From a virus, in IMG/VR virus record IMGVR_UViG_3300045988_117314, positions 1 through 64,000 of that record: a stretch of 64,000 nucleotides of DNA. One strand, 5' to 3'. Below, one piece after another: positions 8,332 to 17,628 of the stretch; the first letter of the stretch is position 1, and each line of letters begins with the position of its first letter. Both the position numbers and the translations under genes were made by a program. Under the pieces are notes generated by a model, which saw only the letters and a program-made list of their open reading frames with translations, was not told the origin of the DNA and ran no database searches.

Positions 8332-9141
8332 ATGGAAGACGATCTTATTACAACAAAAGAAGTAGGCGATTATCGCATTAAAGTGTATTATTGCCATGAT
8401 TCAGAATGCCCTATAACTAATTGGGGTTTGTTTGGGTCATTCTTTTTTGAATACTCTGATATGCATCGATTGCATGATGAATGCAATTGGAAAACTTTCT
8501 TCTACGATAACAAGCATGATCTTAGAGATGTTATTGATGCTATTGTAATGAAGCATATAAAACAGAAAGACATTGTAAAATATTTAAAGAAAGGGGAAGC
8601 GAATGGGATCTCATTCACATACAACAGAGGTAGCAATGTATGGGAGTTGAAGCATAAGACAAGTCCATATATAGGTCAAGAGTTTTTACCAGGTGATTTG
8701 AAGGACTTTGATTGCAGAGGAGAATTAATAGAGGATCTGGATGATGAAGACCTGTTAGATATCATATCCAAATATGGAAAAGATGTGGTAGCTATAGAGT
8801 GGTCAACAAGGGGTTATAGTCAAGGTGATTATATAAAAGGGATAGCATACGTTACAAAAGAAAAATATGATAATGAAGTCTGCAACAAAGAAGGAGATTG
8901 GAAAGAAGATTGTGCCAAAATTATAGATAATGAAGTGAAATCCATAGGTATGTGGATGTGGGGAGATGTAAAAGGGTACGTTCTTGAAAAGAAGGTAGCA
9001 TTTACCAAGAAATACAAAGACGAATCAAGAGAGGATGAAGATTGTGAAGAATGGGAAGAGGTTGATTCTTGCTGGGGATGTTATGAGGAGACAGATGAAT
9101 TGATAAAGGAAGTCATGATAGAGAATGGCTTAGAAGAATAG
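8332..9141 (+). CDS. hypothetical protein (269 aa), acidic C-terminus
   Basis: ATG 8332; long ORF. Confidence 0.55.
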   Translation: MEDDLITTKEVGDYRIKVYYCHDSECPITNWGLFGSFFFEYSDMHRLHDECNWKTFFYDNKHDLRDVIDAIVMKHIKQKDIVKYLKKGEANGISFTYNRGSNVWELKHKTSPYIGQEFLPGDLKDFDCRGELIEDLDDEDLLDIISKYGKDVVAIEWSTRGYSQGDYIKGIAYVTKEKYDNEVCNKEGDWKEDCAKIIDNEVKSIGMWMWGDVKGYVLEKKVAFTKKYKDESREDEDCEEWEEVDSCWGCYEETDELIKEVMIENGLEE

Positions 9142-9285
9142 GTTATAATGGCTGATAGTGACGGACGCCACAGGAGACAGGTGGGTAAAGTGCGAAGAGC
9201 TCCGGTTCAGGGGAGACGGGGCCTGCTTTGCGTGGAGTAAGGCTACAGTAGATGAAATTGTTGAACATTTTAAAAACAGATAATT

Positions 9286-9699
9286 ATGGGATATATATGT
9301 ACAAGATGTGGTGGAACAAATGTTGTCTGTGAAGCCATAGTAAATCCGAATACTGGAAAAATAATAGATTATCTTGATGAATCTTTCATGCATGCTATTT
9401 GCTCGAATTGTGAAAACGAGGTGATAATATCCAACATTGAAGGAGTCAAACATGAAATTGATTTAAGGTTTCATGAATTTGTAGAAAAAACAGGTAAGGA
9501 GCCTGAATACGTAGAATGTCAGATTGTATGGAAAAAGACAGGAGATGAACAAAGAAAGACAATAAAACTATCATTGGGCATTAACGATGATGACAATGAT
9601 GATGTTTTTTATTATTGCAATGGGATAGAATCGTTTAAGCAACTTACTGAATACGGAATGGGAGAATTTATCGTAACATTTTGTTGGAGTTTCTTTTAA
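9286..9699 (+). CDS. zinc-ribbon-like protein (CTRCGG...CSNCEN)
   Basis: ATG 9286; two CxxC pairs. Confidence 0.5.
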   Translation: MGYICTRCGGTNVVCEAIVNPNTGKIIDYLDESFMHAICSNCENEVIISNIEGVKHEIDLRFHEFVEKTGKEPEYVECQIVWKKTGDEQRKTIKLSLGINDDDNDDVFYYCNGIESFKQLTEYGMGEFIVTFCWSFF

Positions 9700-9736
9700 G
9701 AAACATATGTAGTTATCATTTTTAATAACATGTCTT

Positions 9737-10129
9737 ATGAAAACACAAGAAGAATATGCACGTGAGATAGACAAGATTGTTATCCGAGATTTAGATACTT
9801 GTCGGAATGATTGGTTTGAAGTTGATAAAAAGATATTTATGCGACCAGAAAATGAAAATAAGGCATTTATTTTGGGAACCCGGAAGACCGGATGTGATTT
9901 AATAATACTGGGTGGCACTAATTGTGATGAAGGTAGTATGGATTGGCTTTTTGGGAGTCTTGGCAATGAAAATTTCTATGTATGTAAGCCGCTATCTTTC
10001 TATAAATCACAACAAGAAATCCAGAAAGTAAATCCGCTTTATGCTTTCAAGGTGGCCACTGCTTATTTTAGAGAACAAGGGAAGGTTCCGGTATTTGAAG
10101 ATAGTAACTGTAGATTAATAAAACTATGA
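9737..10129 (+). CDS. hypothetical protein (130 aa)
   Basis: ATG 9737; ATGA coupling at 10126. Confidence 0.5.
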   Translation: MKTQEEYAREIDKIVIRDLDTCRNDWFEVDKKIFMRPENENKAFILGTRKTGCDLIILGGTNCDEGSMDWLFGSLGNENFYVCKPLSFYKSQQEIQKVNPLYAFKVATAYFREQGKVPVFEDSNCRLIKL

Positions 10130-10362
10130 GCATAAAAGTAATAAGATACAGGTTGCCCTCTTATTGGGCTTGCCCGTTAATCAATGATGATTACACTGGA
10201 TTAACGGATGAAGAATGTGAGGAAATCCAACGCTTCTTGGAAGCAGCAGAAGGTTATCCGGTAGATGTAGATTTGGAAACACAAGGGTTTTACCGTTGTA
10301 ATGACGCAGGAACACTTCCCGGAGAGTGTGCAGATTTTATTTTTCATAAGTGTAATGATTAA
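10126..10362 (+). CDS. hypothetical protein (78 aa)
   Basis: ATG 10126. Confidence 0.45.
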   Translation: MSIKVIRYRLPSYWACPLINDDYTGLTDEECEEIQRFLEAAEGYPVDVDLETQGFYRCNDAGTLPGECADFIFHKCND

Positions 10363-10373
10363 ACTAAAATAAT

Positions 10374-10685
10374 ATGGAAACTACAAACAAACTGTTTTAT
10401 TCAGGTACAAAATTCTTTACAGAAAATGAAGAAGATTATAGAATAACAGTTAGAATCTCTTTGGATGATGACTGCAAAAATAACATATGCGACTGGAGCA
10501 TAACAGCCGACGTTGACTGGAAAAACAAGCATGGAAAATATGAGGATTACTTAGGAGGCTGCTGCCACGATGAAGTCGCAAAACATTTTCCGGAATTAGC
10601 GAAATTCATATCGTTGCATCTTTGTAACCATTATGGTGCTCCTATGTATCCGGTAGATAATGGTATGTATCACATAAAAAAATAG
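10374..10685 (+). CDS. hypothetical protein (103 aa)
   Basis: ATG 10374. Confidence 0.5.
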   Translation: METTNKLFYSGTKFFTENEEDYRITVRISLDDDCKNNICDWSITADVDWKNKHGKYEDYLGGCCHDEVAKHFPELAKFISLHLCNHYGAPMYPVDNGMYHIKK

Positions 10686-10689
10686 TGGT

Positions 10690-11271
10690 ATGTCTGTGGC
10701 AATGGAGTATTTGCGTATATCAAAACAAGAATGCGTAGAATTATATAAAGCCTCTGAGGATAAGTTGTATTTCAAGTATCTGCTTTTCAATCTGGGGATT
10801 GTGGATAGATGGAAAAGAGAATCAGAAGAACTTATTGCGGAACTTGAAAAATTGTGTGGTAAGAAGTGGGTTAATCCATATAAGCCGGAAGAAGAAAGAT
10901 TTGTTTTAACACTAACGGACGAGGAACGTTTGCTTATTGAAGAGCGCATTAAAGCTGGGTATTATCCCGCAGAAAGTATCGAAAAACGTAGGGAAGAGAC
11001 TCATAAGGCAGAGATGTTGAAAAAGCGTGCTGAAATTTGTGAGCAATATGATAAGAAAATCAGACAAGCAGAAGCAGAAAAGAAGATAATGCTTTGTGTG
11101 TTTGATTATGGGTTGTCTACCGATAATGTTATATATTATCCTCACACGAACACTTTGTCTTTCAACTGGGACAGCTATGAAGAAAAAATCACACAAGAAG
11201 AGTTTGATGATTTTGTGAATAAGGTAGACCGCTCTCAATTGCCAGAAGATATTAGGTTTGAGCTTAAATAA
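10690..11271 (+). CDS. hypothetical protein (193 aa), charged/coiled-coil middle
   Basis: ATG 10690. Confidence 0.55.
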   Translation: MSVAMEYLRISKQECVELYKASEDKLYFKYLLFNLGIVDRWKRESEELIAELEKLCGKKWVNPYKPEEERFVLTLTDEERLLIEERIKAGYYPAESIEKRREETHKAEMLKKRAEICEQYDKKIRQAEAEKKIMLCVFDYGLSTDNVIYYPHTNTLSFNWDSYEEKITQEEFDDFVNKVDRSQLPEDIRFELK

Positions 11272-11281
11272 AATACAGGAT

Positions 11282-11572
11282 ATGGAAAGATTGAATTTTG
11301 AAACATTGTTTCGTATCGTAAGATGGGATTACAACCGCTGCTTTAAGGATGAATCACTGGATAAGGATTTGTTCATGGAAAAATACGGGAAAGTTATGGG
11401 GGAACATTATTACAACAAGTTTGTCCATGAGTTTAACGGGAATATCATGAAGATGATTGGTTACTTCAGAGGTTCCGAAAAAGAAGGGCAAATCTTCTGC
11501 GATATGATAACCGAACGTATTGAAAAATACGAAAAGAGAATGTCATATGATAAAGGTAAGTTAAACAATTAA
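11282..11572 (+). CDS. hypothetical protein (96 aa)
   Basis: The ORF-track start at 11258 is TTG. The first ATG is 11282 (MERLNF...). Confidence 0.45.
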   Translation: MERLNFETLFRIVRWDYNRCFKDESLDKDLFMEKYGKVMGEHYYNKFVHEFNGNIMKMIGYFRGSEKEGQIFCDMITERIEKYEKRMSYDKGKLNN

Positions 11573-11584
11573 AAAGATATTTAT

Positions 11585-12646
11585 ATGAACAATTCAATGG
11601 TCGCTCACTTGTGGGCTCATGAACAAGAAGAATCAGCATCAGGGAGCAATTTCTTCTTTGAAGGTACAAGTATTTATTCTTATGGGCATCACTTTGAAGT
11701 CGGGAGAATAGTAAAAAACAAACAAGGGAAGAAAGCATACCTGATAAATGAAGATTATTATTCTGCTACCACGGGCAAACATCAACGCTATGTTCGTGAT
11801 GCGATACCAATTTGGGCAATGGTTTTCAGTGTAGGGGATAATATATCGGATACTGGTAATATGAGGTTTGTTGCCAGCAAACTGGAATCAATTAAGAAGT
11901 CTATTGAAAAATACAAAAGAGCTAAGACAGAATTATCTTATACAGATATTTGGGGCGCTTTTGGGAATATGATGGATTACATTCAGTTCTTTAACATGGG
12001 AACTGCTAAGAGTATCCTTAAAAAGAGTGCTAATGATTGGCTTGGAACCAATCATGAATTATCCAAGAGCGGAGATAGTATCAAGCGTAAGCACGTACAT
12101 GAATTAAAACGCATCTTTCAAATTTTATTGGATCATCAAGGATTAAAAGTGTTAGGGACCGTAAATGTGATTGTTGATGAAGTTTGCGGGGAAGGTACAT
12201 GGATTAAGTATTCAGAAAGATCTGAAAGATGGAGAAAGGGTGAGGAAGAAAGAGAAAGAATAAAATTAGAGAGATTAAGAAAGGAAGAAGAAGCCCGTTA
12301 CAAGGATTTTGATGAAAAACTGGAAGAGTGGAAGTCAGGAGAAATCAATTTCTTGAATACACCTTTCTATATTCCTGGTGAAAAACCTAACGCCTGGATT
12401 CGTATAAAAGGAAATATTATTGAGACAAGTAAACAGATAAAGATTGGAATAGCAGAAGCCAGAAAACTGTGGCGGGCTGTGTCGGCAATGCACCGGGGCG
12501 CCGAGTTTCGGCACGGTCTGGTGGAGGACGTCACCGGTCACCAGTGGAGTCTAAATCGGTACGAAAACGATTTGCTAACCGCTGGATGTCATAGGATAGC
12601 ATATAACGAAATGGAGAGAATAGCAAAACAACTGGGATGGGTTTAA
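11585..12646 (+). CDS. hypothetical protein (353 aa), coiled-coil ER/K-rich segment
   Basis: ATG 11585. Contains a GC-rich patch at about 12476-12560. Confidence 0.6.
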   Translation: MNNSMVAHLWAHEQEESASGSNFFFEGTSIYSYGHHFEVGRIVKNKQGKKAYLINEDYYSATTGKHQRYVRDAIPIWAMVFSVGDNISDTGNMRFVASKLESIKKSIEKYKRAKTELSYTDIWGAFGNMMDYIQFFNMGTAKSILKKSANDWLGTNHELSKSGDSIKRKHVHELKRIFQILLDHQGLKVLGTVNVIVDEVCGEGTWIKYSERSERWRKGEEERERIKLERLRKEEEARYKDFDEKLEEWKSGEINFLNTPFYIPGEKPNAWIRIKGNIIETSKQIKIGIAEARKLWRAVSAMHRGAEFRHGLVEDVTGHQWSLNRYENDLLTAGCHRIAYNEMERIAKQLGWV

Positions 12647-12687
12647 GTAACCCATCTTATTTTATAACAACTAAAAACAAGAAAAAT

Positions 12688-13431
12688 ATGGAAAATCCAA
12701 TTATTGTTCCGTTTGATTTAAATACGGCGAGAAAAATTAAAAGTGGAGAAATAGAAGGTTCGGTATTAATTAATAATATTGAAATAGAATTTGTATATGA
12801 GTCGAAAGACTGCGCAGGTCCTTATAATTTACTTTTTGTAAGAAAGGATGGATATGGAATAAGTGCTATATATGCTAACACAGAAGGTTGTACTCTTGGT
12901 GACACCACTCTGGAATTGGAAGTAGAGGCTGGAGCGTATTTTAAGAAAGGAGATGTATTAATAAGCACGCTTGGGAACCCATTTATATATAATGGTATTA
13001 TTAATAGAAAAGGAGATATGGGATGCATATATGGTATATCGGCATATGGCGAGATTACATCTGAAGAAATTCCAATATGGACAAGTGTGTGTGGTGAGGA
13101 TAAATCCAAGTATGTTAGATTAGCCACAGAGGAAGAGAAAAAATCTTTTGCTGAAAGAATTGCTAATACAGAAAACCTTAAAAAAGCAGGAATAATAAAA
13201 CAATATCTAAGTGAGTACGAATACTTGCTGACTAAAGAAAAGAAATGCGATTTTAAGCCATTCGATCAAGTCTTGGTGAGAGCAAGCAATTTGGGAAATT
13301 GGAATCTACACTTATTTGCCAGAGTAAGAGAAGAAGAATACAAATATGAATGCTTGGGAGGTTTGAGATACAAAGAGTGTATTCCATACCAAGGAAATGA
13401 GCATCTTTTAGGAACTAATAAAAGCAAATAA
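12688..13431 (+). CDS. hypothetical protein, tandem paralog A (IPFDLxTAxKI...KPFDxVLVR...GNEHLLGT)
   Basis: The ORF-track start at 12637 overlaps the upstream gene. ATG 12688 (MENPIIVPFDL) matches the N-terminus of paralog B. Confidence 0.55.
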   Translation: MENPIIVPFDLNTARKIKSGEIEGSVLINNIEIEFVYESKDCAGPYNLLFVRKDGYGISAIYANTEGCTLGDTTLELEVEAGAYFKKGDVLISTLGNPFIYNGIINRKGDMGCIYGISAYGEITSEEIPIWTSVCGEDKSKYVRLATEEEKKSFAERIANTENLKKAGIIKQYLSEYEYLLTKEKKCDFKPFDQVLVRASNLGNWNLHLFARVREEEYKYECLGGLRYKECIPYQGNEHLLGTNKSK

Positions 13432-13435
13432 GATC

Positions 13436-14167
13436 ATGGAACAGAGAACAGCAACAATTCCGTTTGATTTAGAAACGGCGAAAAAAATAAACATAGGGGA
13501 AATAGCAGGTCGTATTGTGACAGAGAAAGGACAAAATAGAGCAGAAATCGTATATGAAGACAATTCGTCAAATTGTCCGTTATTGGTTGTAATTCATTCG
13601 ATTTCTGTATCGGCAGACTGGTTTTCTGCTACAGGAAAAGCACTTAGCAGCGAAAATCGCCTCCTTCTTGAAGTCCCGGAATATACTACATTTAAAGATG
13701 GAGATGTGTTAAGCAACGAAGAAGGAAATTTTATTTTTATTTTAAATACTAATGGGAAATATTTAACATCTTTGTATGCGAGTCTTGCAGCGGGAACAAG
13801 TCTTAATATATCGGATAATATTGCTGCACACGAAAACCACATAGAATGTTATAGACTTGCAACAGATTCGGAAAAACAGAGGATGATTAAAGCGTTAAAG
13901 AAAAGCGAAAATCCTAAAGCAAAAGAATATCTGAAACGCTTCTTCGGGATTAAAGAAGAGCCGAAATATGAGTTTAAGCCGTTTGATAAAGTGCTGGTAA
14001 GAAAAGAAGGAAATAAAAAATGGAATATCAGTTTGTTTGCAAGGGAAATTGTGGACGATTATAATAGATTGCCTTATAAGTACGAATGTTCTAATGGAAC
14101 ATTATGGGATTATTGTATTCATTTTGAGGGTAACGAGCATCTTTTAGGAACTGATGAGGCGCTTTAA
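13436..14167 (+). CDS. hypothetical protein, tandem paralog B
   Basis: ATG 13436. Shares conserved blocks with 12688..13431, including the same C-terminal GNEHLLGT. Confidence 0.55.
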   Translation: MEQRTATIPFDLETAKKINIGEIAGRIVTEKGQNRAEIVYEDNSSNCPLLVVIHSISVSADWFSATGKALSSENRLLLEVPEYTTFKDGDVLSNEEGNFIFILNTNGKYLTSLYASLAAGTSLNISDNIAAHENHIECYRLATDSEKQRMIKALKKSENPKAKEYLKRFFGIKEEPKYEFKPFDKVLVRKEGNKKWNISLFAREIVDDYNRLPYKYECSNGTLWDYCIHFEGNEHLLGTDEAL

Positions 14168-14227
14168 TGTACGCAAATTGGAGTTGCAAGAATATCTGTC
14201 CCCAGATATTTTGAAAATGGAACATAT

Positions 14228-14527
14228 ATGAAAATAGAATACATACAAAAATGTAAATGCGGTGCAGTCACTATCAGATTTGATAATAGTGCTTCGAATA
14301 GCATGTTTTGGGAAACATTTGAAAAATTGGATTTGGATACTGGTGATGCCACATGGCTTCACCAGTCCTACTGCTGCGACCACTGTGTCAACCATTGGGG
14401 AATAGGCTTATGCGGGTGTGGATCAGGACAGAAGGTAGGAAAATGTGAATGTGGATCCCAAAAGGCACATGATATATTAGGGGCTAAATATGATTCGTTT
14501 GGAGTAATATTAAAAAACTTTGGATAA
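14228..14527 (+). CDS. Cys-rich protein (99 aa; CKCG...CCDHC...CGCGSG...CECG)
   Basis: ATG 14228. Confidence 0.5.
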   Translation: MKIEYIQKCKCGAVTIRFDNSASNSMFWETFEKLDLDTGDATWLHQSYCCDHCVNHWGIGLCGCGSGQKVGKCECGSQKAHDILGAKYDSFGVILKNFG

Positions 14528-15003
14528 TGGATATAGTAAGTAAATACACCGCCTTGTTAGGACAACAGAAGCTAAAAGAATCATTTGTGAAAGATTTGGA
14601 GCTTGTATTATCAAGAAAAAATCCTAATATAGAAAAAGGGAAACTTAATTTCATTCGTTATTCAGAAATGAAAAATTGGAGTGTAAGAGAGTTGTTTGGT
14701 GAAGACTTGGAACAAGCTGATAGGGCTTTAATAAACAAGGTGTATCATATGCTATTTGATATAGGTTCGGATTTTAAATCGGTTATAAGAATGCTATATA
14801 GCTTTCGTAACGGACCTAAATCGGGGATAAAAGTGGCGGATCCAGAGGATAATTACGAATGGACTAACAAGGACGGAAATGAAAAATATTCTACTAAAAA
14901 TCTCCCAAAAGCGCATTTTAGATGGGATTGGAGAAGATATACCTTATCAAAAGAATCCGTTGATAAAATAACGGAGTTTGTAGACACCATATTAGAATCA
15001 TAG
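14527..15003 (+). CDS. hypothetical protein (158 aa)
   Basis: ATG 14527. Confidence 0.5.
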   Translation: MDIVSKYTALLGQQKLKESFVKDLELVLSRKNPNIEKGKLNFIRYSEMKNWSVRELFGEDLEQADRALINKVYHMLFDIGSDFKSVIRMLYSFRNGPKSGIKVADPEDNYEWTNKDGNEKYSTKNLPKAHFRWDWRRYTLSKESVDKITEFVDTILES

Positions 15004-15010
15004 AGAAATT

Positions 15011-15265
15011 ATGAACGAAGTAATTTTAAGCAACATGTTAGGATGTCAGACATATTGTATATCAGACAGTCCTTCGAATAGATACTGTCTTATTGGACCT
15101 ATTGAGTGCAATGAGAAGTTAATAGAAGTGTTTAAGAAGGGGATAACAGTAAAACTCAAATACGTGGAAAAACGGGTCCTGGATGCATTTACGGACAACG
15201 GAATCGACCTGAGTAATTACACTCATTGTATTATTGTGAAGCGGAATTTTTATCTCGCTTGGTAA
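15011..15265 (+). CDS. hypothetical protein (84 aa)
   Basis: ATG 15011. Confidence 0.4.
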   Translation: MNEVILSNMLGCQTYCISDSPSNRYCLIGPIECNEKLIEVFKKGITVKLKYVEKRVLDAFTDNGIDLSNYTHCIIVKRNFYLAW

Positions 15266-15283
15266 CGGCAAAACATAAACAAT

Positions 15284-15946
15284 ATGAATAATTTTGTAAT
15301 AGATACTCCAGATAATTTCTGGCAAATAAGATGGCTTGACAAGTATATGGAAGGCCACAAAGGATTCATAGCTGGTGGATGTTTTAAAAATATCCTTTCC
15401 GGAGAAAGAGTAAAAGACATTGATATTTTCTTTGAAAGTGAAAGCGATTTTCAGGAGGCTATTGATTCGTTCAATGATGAAAAACATCAGAAAGAAGGAT
15501 GGAAATTTAAGTACAGAAATGAGAAGGTATGTGCGTTCCAGAAAGAGGGAGAAAAGGTATGGATAGAGTTCATAGAGTCAGAGTTTGGAAAGCCGAAAGA
15601 GATTCTTAGGAGCTTCGATTTTACTGTGACAAAAATGGCTTACTATAAGGAGCCCAAATACGAAGAAAAAGAAGATGATTATTTTCCATTCTCATCTGCA
15701 AGTATAGTAGCATACGAGTACAAACTACTCTATCATGAGAAATTCTTCGAACATCTTCATATGAAGAGGCTGGTTATTGACGAAAATATCCCTTTTCCAG
15801 TAAGTACATGGGAGCGCTCATATCGGTATAAAGGATATGGTTACAATATGTGTAGGGAGACAAAGAAAAAACTTCTACAGGCTCTTAAAGGTGTAAACGT
15901 AGAGGAGGAAGATGTATCTTTGTACACTACTGGAGGATGGGATTAA
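15284..15946 (+). CDS. Pol-beta-superfamily nucleotidyltransferase resembling the head domain of class II CCA-adding enzyme / poly(A) polymerase
   Basis: Motifs GFIAGGCFKNILSGERVKDIDIFF (compare GGaVRDlLLG..vKDiDi) and LRSFDFTVTKMA (compare RRDFTINAMA). At 220 aa it is much shorter than full CCA enzymes, so the call is by recalled motif only. Confidence 0.45.
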   Translation: MNNFVIDTPDNFWQIRWLDKYMEGHKGFIAGGCFKNILSGERVKDIDIFFESESDFQEAIDSFNDEKHQKEGWKFKYRNEKVCAFQKEGEKVWIEFIESEFGKPKEILRSFDFTVTKMAYYKEPKYEEKEDDYFPFSSASIVAYEYKLLYHEKFFEHLHMKRLVIDENIPFPVSTWERSYRYKGYGYNMCRETKKKLLQALKGVNVEEEDVSLYTTGGWD

Positions 15947-15964
15947 CTTATAAAACATAGATAT

Positions 15965-16628
15965 ATGAATACATCATTTGAGAAATCTAAAAACAGTACA
16001 GATGAATGGTACACACCTAAAGAAATTATAGACGCTTTAGGGGAATTTGATTTAGATCCATGTGCGCCTATGCGTCCGTTATGGAGGACAGCCAGGGTTA
16101 TGTATAACAAAGAGCAAGATGGATTAAAACAAAAAATGGGAAGGAAGGGTATGGTTAAACCCACCTTATTCAAGACCGACTATAGAGCATTTTATTACTC
16201 GTATGGTAGAGCACAATAATGGAATAGCTCTTCTTTTTAATCGTCTTGACAATAAGATGTTTCAGAATGTTGTATTCCCGAAAGCAAAAGGTATATTGTT
16301 CATGAAAGGAAGGATAAAATTCCACAGAGAAGATGGAACAATAGGTGAAAGTCCAGGATGTGGGTCTATTCTGGTTGCATTCGGCGAAGAGAATGCGGAA
16401 ACATTAAGATCTTCTAATATTGAAGGAAGATATATACAGGTCAATCAAGAACCGTGTAACACCCATGTAGATTGGGAACAACGTAGATACGAGATGGCAA
16501 AAACCATGCTTCCGATCACAGCCGTATCAGGACATGGACCTCATGGTGAATTAATATTGGAAGCGTGTGATAAGGCGGCTGAATTAGCTGTAATATACGC
16601 AGATGCTTTAATTAAAGAACTGAAATGA
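15965..16628 (+). pseudogene. dam: phage-type Dam N6-adenine DNA methyltransferase split into two ORFs (15965..16219 and 16203..16628) by a +1 frame change at A6 run 16131-16136
   Basis: ORF1 carries DEWYTP...FDLDPCAP. The frame of ORF2, read upstream of its ATG, gives KWEGRVWLNPPYS (NPPY motif IV). Deleting one A from AAAAAA at 16131-16136 would fuse ...DGLKQK to WEGRVWLNPPYS. Confidence 0.6.
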
Positions 16629-16780
16629 AATCAACAGTACATGCTTATCTTGAGAATGATTATAGATTTTATAGACTTCCTCTATTTAAAGCTACGGCTG
16701 TAAAATACGGATGGAATAATTCTATAGAGGAAGATAGTGGGAGAGGAAAAATATAATTCAAAGTATTAAGTAGATATATT

Positions 16781-17617
16781 ATGAGCGCAAGTAAAGAATA
16801 CAAGGCAGTAAGAAACTGCATACTAAATGAACTTCACCTTACCAAAGAAGATATAATCAAAAACATAGAATCATTATTGGAAAAACTTGTAAAAAGGTGT
16901 ATGCATAATACGTACGGAGGAAACAATCAGATAGAACATTGGATCAGATGTATGGTAAACGATGAGCTTAAACAAAGGGATTATGGTTTTGTAGAAAGAA
17001 TAAGCAAGGAAGTCGTGAAAGATCATGTGCTGAATGAGTTGAACATAATCGTAAGACCCAAAAATGAAAGATGCGTATGCGAAAATAGAGTGCCATCAAG
17101 AAAAGATGGTTTGTATCTAATCTACGGGAACGGACACGTAGAGCCGTTTACCGGCGATAACTCCAAAGATTGTGTACGATACATCGGGTTGAAGCACAGA
17201 TACATGTCATTTGCAATCTCACTGACGGAGCATGATATCGTACAATTGCTTGACGATGATAGCCGTGAAGAATCCGGAAGTGGGACATATTATGAACGTG
17301 AATGTGATGCGCTGTTTGACATTGACGGACGCGGCAATACGGAACGCCTTGTAGCCAGAAATCCAAAATTGAGAAATCTGCTGGAAGATGGCGAGTATAT
17401 ACCATCTCTTGGTCAATTAAATTTAATGGCCCATTATATGGACGAACTAAACAAAGCATTCACTTATGTTTCGGCATCTCCCCTCTCCTCGACGTGGTAT
17501 TGGTCCAGTACTGAGAGCAGCCCGAGCGTCGCGTGGTACGTGGACTTCTCCATTGGTAGCGCGTACTACAGTGACAAGTACAACAGTAGCAGGGTTCGGG
17601 CGGTAATTGATTTTTAA
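16781..17617 (+). CDS. protein with C-terminal DUF1566 (Lcl / Fib_succ_major)-like domain
   Basis: C-terminus TWYWSSTESSPSVAWYVDFSIGSAYYSDKYNSSRVRAV matches the DUF1566 signature (WSST...AW.v.F..G......VRcV). This domain is encoded by a GC-rich patch. Confidence 0.5.
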   Translation: MSASKEYKAVRNCILNELHLTKEDIIKNIESLLEKLVKRCMHNTYGGNNQIEHWIRCMVNDELKQRDYGFVERISKEVVKDHVLNELNIIVRPKNERCVCENRVPSRKDGLYLIYGNGHVEPFTGDNSKDCVRYIGLKHRYMSFAISLTEHDIVQLLDDDSREESGSGTYYERECDALFDIDGRGNTERLVARNPKLRNLLEDGEYIPSLGQLNLMAHYMDELNKAFTYVSASPLSSTWYWSSTESSPSVAWYVDFSIGSAYYSDKYNSSRVRAVIDF

Positions 17618-17628
17618 AAAGGATTACA

